A DNA stretch of 64,000 bases, taken from positions 1,552,001-1,616,000 of the forward strand of contig NC_045698.1 in the NCBI RefSeq assembly GCF_009834535.1. Direction: 5' to 3'. Shown here piece by piece: positions 37,906 through 50,682 of this stretch. The notes beneath the pieces were generated by a model. That model was given only the letters and a program-made list of their open reading frames with translations, had not been told where the DNA came from and made no database searches. Positions within the stretch are counted from its first letter, which is position 1, and each line of letters starts with the position of its first letter. The stretch comes from Camelus ferus. Lineage: Eukaryota. A program made the translations under genes and the position numbers.

Positions 37906-40900
37906 AAACCTGAAAAGGACCTCTCGGAGTCCAGCTGTCTCTGCTTCCACGACGGTTAATTCCACTGGAAACGTCTCTGAGTCCACCGTTTCCAGCCCCC
38001 GAGGGTCCTGACGAGGCCTGCAGCCGACCTCCGGGGTGCCGCTCAGGACACTGCGATGGCCTGTCCCGCGGTCACCGAGGCAGCGCACTGTTCATCCCCG
38101 CCCCGGTTACAGGGACGGGGCAGTGGGAAGAATGACCATCTCGCCGGGAACTAGCCCCATCTGATTCTCTCCCAAGAAGGTACAGCGCGAACCAGCCATC
38201 TGACAGGGTGTCGGCACGTCTGAGCTGAGGTGAGCACTGTTCGTGTGGAGAAAAACCCCTTCAGCAAGAACCCATGGGACGTGCAAACCCCCACGCCCGC
38301 TGCTTCTCCTGCGTCCAGAGAGCCTCGCTGGGAAGCTGAGGCCTCCCCTGGCTGGTCCCCTGCCCACGTGCCGCCCTGATGAGATGAGAAGGGTGGACAC
38401 CAGCCCTCCCCATCCAAGCAAGGAGCCTCCCTGGTGGGGACCACGGGGGCAAAAGCAGTGTCTGTGTTCTGGCCTCTGGTCCCACGTTCTCGCCAGGCAC
38501 GGGACGCATCTCTGATACGCATTTCGCACCTCTGCTCTGTAACCAAAACCTAACACTACATTAAAGTGAAAAATACGTGCCGAGTCATGACTTCTAAGTC
38601 ATTTAAAAGGTCACTGTTACCCAAAGTCTTTACCATCTGCACACGGCGCCCATCCAAACGCAGACATGCCCTTCCCTCCCGAGCAGTACATGTATTTCTG
38701 CAGAAGCCACCTGTGTGCAGAGTGGGTGGAGCTCCCGAGAACGTTGTGGCCCCTGGCCCCTCCCTCCACACCCCTCCAGGGCAGCAAGCCTGTCCTAGCA
38801 CCTGCGATCTCTGTCCCAGCGCAGAGCCCACCCTGAGATTCCGAGGTGGCCTGGTATCCCCGCCTGCCTGTGCTCGTCCCTCCTCGCCCTTCCTGCTCTC
38901 CTCCGCTGAGTGTTTCCCTTTCCCGTGTCTCGTCTAAGATGATGTCCCTGACGGTTTGTTTCATTCTCTATGTCTCCTCTTGGTTTCCCATTTCATCCAC
39001 TCTCTCGCATGCCCAGACGTTCACAGAAGCCAAAAAGTTCAGTTTGTCCACTTCTCTGTTCGCCAGCTAACTCAGCGCTCTGCACAATTAAGTGCTTAAT
39101 AAATGTCTTTCGAAGATGCAGACGGCCATGCTGGTGATAATCGTCCCGAACTTCCCCCAGGGAGAAGTTCTCGTCCTTGGAGAACTGGGCCTTCTGGAAT
39201 CAAATTATGAAATGGAAAATCATTTTCCTTGCATCTTTGGTGACCCGCACAGTTAGTGGCTTAATGAACAGGAACGTAATTAATGGTGTGCTCGGTGAAG
39301 TTCTGTATTCTTCCCGCAAAATGTTCACGTCTGGTTCAGAAGGACTTGAATTATGCCTGGACTGCTTCCATTCTATGCCCCTAATTGTCAATTCTGAATA
39401 ATTTAGTATCTTTGTAAAATAAATTAGAAAGAAAACACACTGTTCAAAATGGCAGACTTACAGTAACATTTATTTAGTGGCTAATAAAAGAAAGGCTAAT
39501 TTTGCCATGGGTGAACGTTACCCTTCGTCATGAAACCTCCATTCCTGATCGCTGTCTCTCACACACAGCCTGCCCGCGTGCCTCTCTCGGAATGCCACCT
39601 TTATGGCAGGGCCAACTCCTGGAGGGTCCTAATGGGGGTTCCAGCTGGACCCCTGAGACATGGAGAGGCTGAGAGGTGGGGCCAGCTTTGAATTCCAGAT
39701 GGCCTGCCTGAAGGCTATCCTCGTTCTGGGGGACCATCCCCAAGCAGGGACCTGAACTGGGTGGGAGTAAGGCCACCTGAGGGCAGCAATCCAGTCCGAG
39801 TATTTCAGGTGAAAGTTGGGTTGAGGGTCTCAAGTTCATCCATACACCCATCCACTCACTCATTCCACAGATGCTGGCTGCAAGCTTACCGGGCACCAGC
39901 CCTGCCCAGGGCTTGGAGACACAGCCCAGCCATGACGGAGGCCCCTTGGCTCCTGGGCACCTGGGACTCACATCCAGGAGGAGAGACCCAGCTCCAGACT
40001 GAAGGAGGCAAGGAAGCTCTGGGCTCCACTCGCTGTGCACTGCAGGTGCCTGATGTTCAGAGAGGGAAGAACACAGCAAGGCAGACCACACATGCCACCC
40101 GGATTACACTGCCAGCTTGAAATACGCTGGGAGGAATCAGACGGCCATTTCTTAGAATTAGAAGTGATGCCTTCATCCTTTCCCACCCTCTCCCCTGTCC
40201 TGCTCCGGTGCTGTGGGTGCCGCCACCGTGAGGATGGAGAAACCACGGACGCCAGCACGTGCGGCCGCCGCTTTGCACTTGGTGCTCTGCGCACGGAGAG
40301 AACCAGAGGGTTCTGTCCTCGCCCCACCGCAGCCACCCCGGCCCAGCGTCCACGTGCTGCCCTGGCCACCGCATTGCCGCTTCTCTGACTGCAGGTGGGA
40401 GGGAGCCCTGAAGACCCCTTCGCCTGCACCCCGCCGCCCCTGCGGAAGTGTTGGGGCAATCGCCCAGGACGGAAGCCTCGGCTGGAGGGGCGCAGTGCGG
40501 AAGAAGACACAGCCCTGGGGGCCAGGGCAGAAGACCTGGTTTTGAACACCACCAGGCTGCCCAGGGGAGTTGACCATCCTTCTCTGGCCCACGGTGTCCC
40601 CCTACCCCCGCCATAATGAGGAGCATCAGTCCCGCGTGGACGTGCACACAGGCTGGCGTGCTCCCAGTCAGGGGTCTGCTGCGGGGACTGGGCTGGAATG
40701 GGCACAAATAGCATTCCCCCTTTTCCTCCAGGGGACGCACCCCGCCCTCATGCCACAGGGAGAAAAGCCTTTTTAAGCTTTGCCTTAAACTGGGACTAAG
40801 TCATTCTCAGGGATCAGTGGCATCAGATAGGACGCCCACTCTCTCCCTCCTTCTGCTACACATGTCATCAAGTCAGGGACGTGCGGGGCCACCTCTTCCC

Positions 40901-43774
40901 ATTGGGAAGGTGGGGTCCCTCAGAGAGATCCCCTCGTTCTACTGAAGGTCCAGACAGCCTCCACTCAAGCCCCTCGGCTCGCTCCACAGGGAGCTTCTCC
41001 AAGCGCGTCTTCGATGTTCCTGGACAGACCTCAGGATGAAGAATGGAGTCGAACCCCCCCCCCAACCAGCGACCTACTGTAGATCTGGTATGCAGTGGGG
41101 GAGGGAGTCAAAACGCCAGCCTCTAATTAAAACTCATAAAGGAAAAATTAAATTCCACCCTTTAATGAGGCCATTTATTGTCATGGATACAAAGGGGGAT
41201 AAACACCAATGGAAACGCACTGAGGAAACCGCACGTGGTGGGAGGGGCCCCGGAAGTCATGGCTGGGGCGCACTCACGCCGCAGCTGGATTAGCAGAGTC
41301 CCGCTCCGCTCTGCGTACGGGCACCGGTGGTCTGCACCGAAGCAGGGAGTGAGAGGTCCAGGACCTATCTTTTGAATTAAACTTGTAGAAAAAGATTAAT
41401 TTATGAACTAGCAATGAAGGAGTGTGCACACCACGCAAACAAAAACCGTGAGATTTCTATGCTTCAGATCTTTTTCTTTTAATGTAAAGATTTTCAAATC
41501 GGGGTTGGGCGGGGCTGGGGTGGGAGTCCAGCGTGTCAGCAAGCCCCCGATTTAAGCATGAACTAGGAGGAGTGCTTTAAATCCCCCAGTTCCCCGATGG
41601 AGGAGCCTCAGACGGTTTCCTGAAGAATCAAGTTAATTGGGTTTGGTGTAAGGTTGGTGTCCTTCCTGCTGGAAACTTTCCCAGGCCTTCCTGGGTGTCG
41701 TGGCCACCAGACTCCCGGTCACCCTGTTCGCCCAGACTTTAATTAGCTCTGGCGTCCTCTCCGTGATGATAAATGCAGAGATGATAAATGGAAATGCAAA
41801 TGACGGCGAGGAGGCCCAGCCGTCAGCACCGAGCGTCATGAACACCTCCCCGCGGCGGAATCGATCACTGTCAGCGCGGCGCTGCGGGCCGCGGGGCGCG
41901 GGGCCACCGGCCAGCACGCCTTCCCGGGCATGGGCAGGCCGGCCGTGGTGGGGCTCTCCTCCCCATATGCTTTTGCTCATCTTTTACTGAGTATTTGCTT
42001 GGCAGCCAGAGTTCCAATATATTTCCAGCTGAGATGGTAACTACTGTTGGGTCAATAAGCAAATAGCTAATTTAGAGCAAAATAAATACCAATAAGAAAG
42101 CATTCTCTGAGCACCGAGAGCTGAAAGGAAGTCAGTGGAATGAGTCCATCCGCTTGTCTCAACCCCGAAAGAGCCACTAGGAAGCCGTCTCTCACAGTCG
42201 GCTTTCAAGGAATAATGGAGACCTGTCCCCCCAGTTTAAGGCACATTAGATTTTTTCCCAGGACCTTGGAGCGCAGAGCACTCTCAGCACACTGTTGCAG
42301 GGGGCTCCCTCCGGGAAACGCGTGGCTTCATAAGGATGGCATCTCTTCTTGAGCTGGCGACCCAGCCAGGTGCCTCTCAACCCACCTCGCTGACGCCCCG
42401 GCCCCTTCCTTGGGGCCGTGGAGAAGCAGCCCTCGTCCTTCTGCAGAGTCGGCCTCGTCCATGGCTTGGAGGTGGGGGCGTGTTTCCCTCAGCCTGGTTA
42501 CGTGGCAGAAAGACACCCTGATGAGGGGACGCCAGCCAGGGGAGGATAAGGGGTCCCGCCCGTCTCCTTTCCCGCCGCCCCAGCCCAGCCCACCGCGTTC
42601 TGCCCGCGGGCCTGCCGCCCCGTGGCCCCGCCCCAGCTGACCACCTCTGTACTGAGACCCAGCTGCCGGCTGGCCACACCCTGTGCCACCACACAAGGGG
42701 CTCGAGGGCTTCAGGACCAGCATCCGCGGAATCTCGTGAGGATGGCCCATCTCTGATGCCACGTTACCTGCAAATCGTCCCCTGTCCAAGCCAAAGGGAC
42801 CATGTTGTCCAGGGTTTGGGACATCAGCCCCTGGAGAGGCGCACCTGAGCCCAGAAGCTCAAAGCAGACGGTGAAGCCATCGTGGACGAGTCTGCCTTCA
42901 ATGCAGACTTTCTGGGAGGGAAGCAAGAAAGCCGGCCAGCAAGCCCTTGGTTTTCTCCGTATCTGTCCTGATAGTGTCTCCCATCTTGGAAACAGCTGCC
43001 ACCATCAGCCGGCTTTCATTATGGAGCCCTGAGACCGCGGGATGTCACCGCGGCAGCCCTCCACATGCCCCGCATTGCAGCTTCTCAGTCAGAGGTCTGT
43101 CTGTACCAAAGGCGCCCACTCCTCCTCCCCTCCCCCGGCACCACCTCCTCTCCCCCTTGGTCTTCCTCTTTCTTGATACCCAGCCGCCCTTCAGTCCGTC
43201 CTCTCCCAGAGGCTGGGGGTCTCTGGAAGCCACCTGCCTGGTCACGGAGCCCCCTGCCTGCATCTCAGATGCCCCGAGTCACCCCGGCCTCCCTCACCTT
43301 CCTCCAGCCACTCGGCTCTCTTTCCCGTCTTCCTCCTTAGGGGACCAGCTCTGGGCTGAGATCCTCCGTGAGTGTTTCCTGTCCCTGGACCCCCATCTGC
43401 CCGCTCCTCGGGGTCATCGCTGCTCAGCAGTGTGCACGCCACACAGCACAGATGGGAAGCTCGCTGTGCAACCCAGGAGGAGGTGGGCAGGCGTGGACTC
43501 TCACCAGCCACGGGGACTTAGTGGCTGCTGGATGCCTGTGTCAGCGTCCTTTTCAGTAATGTGAAAGTAACATCCTTAGGGGCCTCTTGGGGGAGGCGAG
43601 GACCGGGGGCTGATGTGAGGAAGGGCGCGGCCCCTTTGCAGATGGACGCGCTGAGTGTTAGCAGGTTGACTCCTCATGAACTCAGCGGGCTCAGAATAAA
43701 TGCCACTCGTTCACAGGCACTTCCTTAGACCCAGTGGTACTGTTATTTTCCGACACGAACCGCACCGCTGTCTC

Positions 43775-44226
43775 CTATGCCACGTGCGCTCCTGCAGGGG
43801 GACCTGCCCCTCTCCCATCGTGAGATAGGGGGTCTTTTAATCCCATTGAAGGGGAGGGTCCTGTGACCACATGAGCAACCCAGCTCAGCCCGGTGACACT
43901 GTCACAGTCTGGAGAGAGTCTAGCGAAGGACTGGCAGCTCCCACTTCTTGTCTCTTGGGATGTTTACTCTGGGGACGTCTGTGCTATGAGATGGCCAAGC
44001 CCAGGGGGCGTCTGCCCTGTGGGCTCTGGTTGACGGCTGAGCAGCCAGGCCACCACCAGGACCAAGGCCGCACGCGGAGGGCGCCGTGTCGGGTACCCGG
44101 CACGGTGGAGCCTCTGGGCTGCTCCAGCCCCTGAGCTCCTGACTGCCGCCCACTGAGCCCCAGCCCCCACAGGCTTCTGATGCCATGGAGTTTGGGGTGA
44201 CTTGTTACTCGGCAGTCAGAGTAGAT
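43775..44226 (+). mobile_element. MaLR solo LTR (MLT1E/F-like)
   Basis: ctcccatcgtgagatagggggtc...ggactggcagctcccacttcttgtctcttggga...ggagtttggggtgacttgttactcggcagt. Confidence 0.65.
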
Positions 44227-44314
44227 CCCCTCACTGGGTCTCGAGGTCCCTGGATGACCTTCTGTCCTCATCACCGTCTCCTCTAGCGCTGCCTAGCTGT
44301 CGTCCCCACTGGAT

Positions 44315-44414
44315 GGGACTGTCCCTGAGGGCAGGGCTGGTTGCTTTGTCTCATCACCGGACATGGTCCAGTGCCTAGCAGGGTCTCGGTAAGCACTTGC
44401 AGAAGAAATGAGTG
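44315..44414 (+). mobile_element. L2 3' end relic
   Basis: ccctgagggcagggctggttgctttgtctcatcacc...ccagtgcctagcag...gtaagcacttgcagaagaaatgagt. Confidence 0.6.
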
Positions 44415-45944
44415 TAGAGATGCTTGGTTCTAATTTTTCATGACGCCACCTCCCCTGCAGGCTGGCAGGGTGGTATCGGTGTGCGGTGGTCCCCGGGAGC
44501 CCTGAGAGCTGCCATCTGGGGGCCTCCCCGGCTGTGAGCCTCCCCGACTGCACGGGACGCAGACCATCCTCACCCCCCAGTGACCGCCCTGCCCCTGCGT
44601 GTTCGGACCCATCTATTCTTGGGGTGAAATTAACAGTTACTTCAATTACTTTTAAAAGTTTGTGTCAGGAATGAAATAAAACTTCACAAAGACGATCTTG
44701 AGCAGCGACACAGAACAGTTAGAGTCCAGGTTCCGTTTTGAAAATTTCACGACTGTTTTTCTGCTCCTCAGGTTAATAATTTGTCGACACATCAGCCCAG
44801 AGAGACAATGAAGATAAACTGCTCCCTTCCTTTTAAGCCTCATTTATAGCCACAAACTATCTTTTAAAGGTGCTGCTTTATTAAAATCAGCATCCTGACA
44901 AGGCGTCTGTTAGCAGTGCTTCCTCCCTCCGCAGAAAACCATGAAAGCAACTTGAAAGCTGCAGTGTGATTTCTCTCCACAATGAATAAGGGTAAGTCGA
45001 TTTCCACCTGGCGGTGGGTTAAATGTTTTATTTTGTCAGCGTAATGAAGACAGAAAAGCAAAAGGAGACAAAATATTTCGTTTCCTTGGTGCCCGTTAAG
45101 GCTTTGGCATCCTTTTACAGAGCACTGGCCAACTTCAATAACAACATAACATGAGGAAAGAAATTAGACATTTTAATTGTGAGATTATAACTTACTGATG
45201 GAAGAGCTGGGAACAAGCCAAAACAAATTTTAATGACAAAACAATAATCTAAGCAAAGTAGAAGACATTAGACTCTGTGAGTTTTGGAAGAAAACACAGA
45301 AGCAGAATGAGTAACACCTCTGAATTTATGAACTGTAGACAACATCTCTTGTGAGAAAGGTTAGCAAAGACATTCCAGGTAATGCAGGCTGCTTTAAGCA
45401 GTAAATCAAAAGCAAAATTGGGTAACATTTCACAGAGCCTCATAGCTCATGATTTAGGTAGCTGCAGGAAAATTACATCCCTAAGGAAAATTTAGAAATT
45501 TCAAAATAAAGAATCCACAGGTCCCGTCACGGTGACCGTCAGCAAGGACTCACACGATTTTAAAACATGTTAGTACTCTCACACACAGCAGAAGAGTCAG
45601 ACCCGGGTGTAAGAATTTTACTTGTTGTGTTTTCCAAACAATAGGTCTGTTCTCAATCCACCTCGCAGCCTGGAGGCTGGGAGATCCTGGTGGACGTCTT
45701 GATTCTGGTAGAATCTGACCAGCCCGTGATTGCCCCCTTCCCAAGACACAGGACCGCAAGTCCTCAGGTTTGACAAAACACGGTAGAGGCAGATGGTTGT
45801 CTGCCCCGGTTTTGCTGCCCACCCCCTTGGGTTGTCAGCAGTGACCACACCCCTCGCCCAAGTGTCGGTAACAGGACAGCACCGATGGTCGCAGAAATCA
45901 TGGCAGAGAACGGCTAGGCGGTTGGGGGAGCCCTCACTTGGCTT

Positions 45945-47310
45945 AATCGTTTTTAAGTCGACTTTCTTGAAGTGTGATTTACAGACAGTAAAATTCACAC
46001 ATTTTAAGTGTCCAATGTGATGCATTTTGATAGACTCCTGAGAAAGCACTTCCATCAAGATGCGGAGCATTTCAGTCTCCCCAGGAAGTTGTCTCGGGTC
46101 TCTCCCCAGCCAGCCGACCCGCCTCCGGCCAGCACTGGCCTCATTCCTCTCTGTGCAGATTCATCCTGCCTGTGCTGGAATTTCTTGTGAATGGAATTAT
46201 GCGGTATCGACTCCGTGGGCTGCTTGCGCAGCGTAATCTCCATGAGGTGTACGTCTGTGTGCGATCAGTAACTCACCCGTTTTTATAGCTGGATACTGTT
46301 CTAAAGCCTGAATGTACTGCCGTGCGTTTATCCATCCATCTACTGACAGAGAAGTGGGCTGTTCCCAGTCTGGGACTATCATGAATTAGTGAACATTCTT
46401 GCACAAGTCATTTTAAGGGACAACATTTTCATTTCTATGGAGTAAATGCTTAGGAGTGGGCCACGTCCTAAATGCACATCTAACTTTGCGACAGCCTTAC
46501 GAGATGGCAGGCCCACCTTCCGCCCCCACCAGCCGAGTGCAGGCGTCCCAGCTGCCCTGTACTCTTCAGCCTCCCACACTGCTCGTCTTCGCAGTTACAA
46601 TGAGATTTGGGACGCTGTGAATTTCAAATGCATATACATTGCAGGGAGTGTCTTTTATATGCTTTTATATGTTTATTGTCATTTCTAGATCTTCTTTTGA
46701 GAAATAATCCATTCAAATATTTTTTCCCATTCTTTAATTAGCATGTTTGTCCTGTTGCCAAGAGTTTTTTTTTTTTATATACAATATGGTATTATTAACT
46801 GCAGTCCCCTGCTGTGTGTCACATCCCCAGGGCTTGTTTGTTATAACCGGAAGTCTGTACATTTTGACCCCCTTCACCCATTTGCCTACCCCCTACCCCT
46901 GCCTCTGGGAACCACCAATCTGTTCTCTGTATCTGTAAGTTTGATTTTTTTTGTGGGTTTTTTTTTTTTTTTGGTTTATTTGATTCAATGTAAGTGAGAT
47001 AATACGGTATGTCTTTGAGAAATAATTTTTCACAGTTGTTTGTTTTGTTTGTATACAGATATGTGTATAGGTGTATGTGTATGCCCATGCAGTCCACAAA
47101 CACACATGTGTACATATGTATACATTTGTGAAGCATATGCATGTACGTATTCGTATATGGGCAAAGACTTGTACCCAGATTCTGCACACATGTAAGTCTG
47201 GGCACAAGTCTTCGGTCACATGGACGTGTTGTGACTCTTCCCTCCCAGGCTGTGACTCACCTCTCCATGCCCTTTCCATGGTCTGTTGAAGGTCACAACA
47301 TTCTTAAGTG
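45945..47310 (-). mobile_element. Old L1 (L1ME/MB-like) 3' region, interrupted by a younger L1 fragment and a low-complexity tract
   Basis: gaagtgtgatttacagacagtaaaattcacacattttaagtg...tttatccatccatctactgac...ttcccagtctgggactat. It resumes at ~47195 (tctgggcacaagtcttcggtcaca...ctcccaggctgtgact). Confidence 0.8.
46765..47015 (-). mobile_element. Younger L1 3' UTR fragment nested in the older L1
   Basis: Poly-T, then tacaatatggtattattaactgcagtc...ttataaccggaagtctgtacattttgacc...gggaaccaccaatctgttctctgtatc...gtaagtgagataatacggtat. Confidence 0.85.
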
Positions 47311-47324
47311 GCTGTAGTTTAGTT

Positions 47325-47760
47325 TATTGTGTTGTCTGATGTCAATACAACCACACCATTATCTTACGTTTATTTTTGCATGATGCATCTCTCCCAGCCT
47401 TTTACTCCCAGTATGTGTCACCATATGTAAAACACGCCTCTTGGAGACAGAATTCAGTTGGGTCTGCCCAGACTAAGCTCTCTGCCTCACCACGTGCACG
47501 TTCAGTCCATCTGAGTCGAGTGAACCTACGTTATGGTTGTGTAAAGTCTTCCACTTTACTCTTCAGTTCTCATTTGGTCTATTCTGCTTTTGGTCTTCTG
47601 TTGTTTTATTGCTATTTTGTTTGAATTAATGGTTTAATTTTCTTTTTTATTTCACTCTTCTTACTTATAACTCTTTTATCATTTTTTAGTGGTTACTCCA
47701 AGGCTCTTTAGGTTGAGGATTGTATACTTTCAGACTTCAGACTTCTCACTTTTTGCCTAA
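47325..47760 (-). mobile_element. Old L1 fragment (ORF2 endonuclease N-terminal region)
   Basis: tgtctgatgtcaatacaaccacacca...tttgcatga...ccttttact...ctcttggagacagaattcagttgggtc is the reverse complement of DPT.CCLQET / GW..IYHAN / VAILISD-type sequence. Confidence 0.65.
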
Positions 47761-48389
47761 TATTTTCCACTACATGCATCAGATTTGCTACATTTTTGAG
47801 GTGGGGCATGGACCGTCCCCAGATGAGACCTCACCTGTACCTTCACGGCCACTTCTTGTACATGGACTGAAAACCACCTCCTCATGTATTTTCTCCCATT
47901 TTATAGCTGGTCTTGGTGTAAGGATGGCTCTAGTGTCAATTACTCAATTGTAGTTGGACATTAAAATCTGATCTAATGATTTTATTGTGACAAATGAGCC
48001 TGTGGAGTAAAGACAAATATTTTGTGAGTTTCAGGAAGTAACCACTTTGTGTTATCTAATCTAAAGCTGCAACATGAGAAAATTAAGTAAAAATCCTACA
48101 ATTAGCTGGTTAATTTATTCCAGGTGGACAAATGATTCAGATCATGATGTTCTCAGAGTTAAATTGCTTAGCTTGATAAAATCGAGTTGACTCTTCTTGG
48201 CTAAACAACATATTTACTGAATCTCCACTTTAGCTGCTATCACATAGACATGGTTTCAGATATAATCTTTGTATGAGCAAATAATTACAGCTTCAACATT
48301 GTTTCTCCACTCCTTTCATTAATGTGTTATCAACCTCACATTTATGTAGGTTATTAGGCAAATTATTTTTGTTGATTTAAGAATCTCTC

Positions 48390-50682
48390 AGTAAGGAGTT
48401 TGGAAGGTGCCGACCCAAGCTAACAACAGGTGGAATGCTGCACAGACTGAACAATCAGCAATTCTTGGATCCATAAGAGAAATGAGGACCTGGGGGAAAC
48501 ACTGCCCGAAAGACTGAAGAGCCAGACAGGTGGCTCAGAGAGTCACGGCTTCCCGGAGAGGACGCACAAGCAGAGACCATGGCAGGAGGCAGTGCCAGGG
48601 TGGGAAACCCAGGCTGCATGTTGAAGAATTGCTGGACAGTTCTGAGAACTAAAACCTTTCAGGGACCCGGTCCCAGGGGGTGCCTCAAAGTACTGTGAGA
48701 CTTACCTGCAGGAGCCCCACAGTAAATACTGGAGGAAAGTCCCCCGTGCTTCTGGCGGGGGAGGTGGAAAAGAGGCCAGAACGTTCTGTTCTCCTTACAA
48801 GGCCTGCCCGGGAGAAACTAGTCACCTGGAGCCTGACCAACTGGGGCAAGGAAAACGCCCAACACCAGCCACCTTTAGTCTTCCAAGTGGGAGAAGGGAG
48901 AGACCCAAATACAGCCCAGTCCCACCACCCTGTCCCATCTGATGACGGGGGAAAAACCAAGAACAGCTTGTGGAACTCACAGCCCAGAGGCACAAACTCA
49001 CCAAAGCGCTGGGACGTGATCGAGGCCACAGAACTCTCCCCTCCCCCTGCTCTCCACCACGTTGGAGACACAGCAGTTCCTTTCACCCCGTGCATAATGT
49101 CTATCAAGAAAAATATTACAAGGCATGTTGAAAGGCAAAAAACAAAACAAAACAAAAAAACCCCCACAATTTGAAGAGATGGAGCAAGTATTAGAACCAG
49201 GGATGTTCAACATGGCTGGAATGATCAGACTGAGGACTTAAAACAACTATGATTATTATACTAAGGGCTCTGATGGAGAAGGTAGACAGCACACACGAAC
49301 AGATGGGGAATGGAAGCAGAGACATGGAAATCCTAAGAAAGAATCTAAAGAAATGCTACAGATGAAAAACACCATAATAGAAGTGAAGAATGCTTTTGAT
49401 GGACTTAGTAGAACCCTGAGGAAAGAATCTTTGAACTTGAGCAAAGATCAATAGAAACTTCAAAAACTGAAAAGCAGAGAGAACAAAGACAAAAAACCCA
49501 GAATATCCAAGAACTACAATACAACTTCAAAAGTTGTAACATGCCTGTAATGGGAATGGCAGGAGAAGAAAGAGAGAAGGAAACAAAAAAACCTGAAACA
49601 ATAATCACCGAGAACGCCCTCAAATTCATGTCAAACCATGTATCTGGGAAGCTTAGAGAACACCAAAGAGGACGAATGCTACAAAGGCTACATCTCTGCG
49701 CGCCATCTTCAAACTACCGAAAACCGAAGTTTAAAAAAATTCTCAAAAAAAACATAAGAGAACATGTTATTACTGATTGAGGAGCAAAGACACGAGTTTC
49801 ATCTGACTTCTCTTCTAGTAAGCAAGAAGTGAGTGAGCAAAATATTTTAATTGTTCAGAGGATAAAAAAGAGACCAACAACCCAGAAATGTGTACCCTGC
49901 AAAAGCATCCTTTGAAAGTGAAGGGGAAGTTAAGAGTTTCTCAGACAAACAAAAATTGAGGAAACTTGCTGCCAGTAGACCTTCTTTGCAGGAAATGCTG
50001 AAGAAAGGTTTTTAGAGAAAAGGATAGTGTTGTAAGTAAGAAACTCAGATCTCCACAAAGAAAGGAAGTATTGAAGAGGAAACAAGTCAAGACGAAATAA
50101 AAATATGTATTTTTCTTGCTCTCAGTTGATCTAACATATAAGCATTTGTTCAAAATAATAGTAGCAACGTGTCTGATCATTTCTGCTTATGTATATGCCT
50201 TATGTATACACACACGCACTCGTATGTACTTACAGGCATGCACATGTGCTGACATGAATGACGGTGATGATACAAGCCACGAGAGGAAGCAATTCAGATT
50301 TTTTTTATTATAAGGTACTCGCATTATTTGAAATTTGAAAGTGGACCTGTATTAGTTGCAAATACAGCCAACTCAAAATAAAAAAAAATTAAAGAAGTAT
50401 AATTGATCTGCTAAGAAATGAGAGAAATTGGAATCATACAAAACACTCAATTAAAACTACAAACAAGCAGCAGAAGAGTGGAGGACAGACACGGGAGTGA
50501 GGACACAGGCGGCAGAGCAGGAAGGACTGTACTGGTTATTAATCCAATTGTGTCAATAATTACTTCCAGCATCAGTGGTCTGAATGCACCAATTAAATGA
50601 CAGAGACTATCAGAGTGGATCAAAAAACTAGACTCAAGTGTATGTCATCCACATGAAACCCACTCTAGTGGACAAAGACAAA
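48390..50682 (+). mobile_element. L1MC-like element, 5' part (5' UTR, degraded ORF1, inter-ORF region, start of ORF2)
   Basis: L1MC-type 5' end aaggagtttggaagg..ctaacaacagg. ORF1-like sequence at 49.2-50.0 kb (agaagtgaagaatgcttttgatggactta; tacccctgcaaaa-type motif; cagacaaacaaaaattgagg). ORF2 start SIITSSISGLNAPIK at 50550-50600. Confidence 0.9.
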
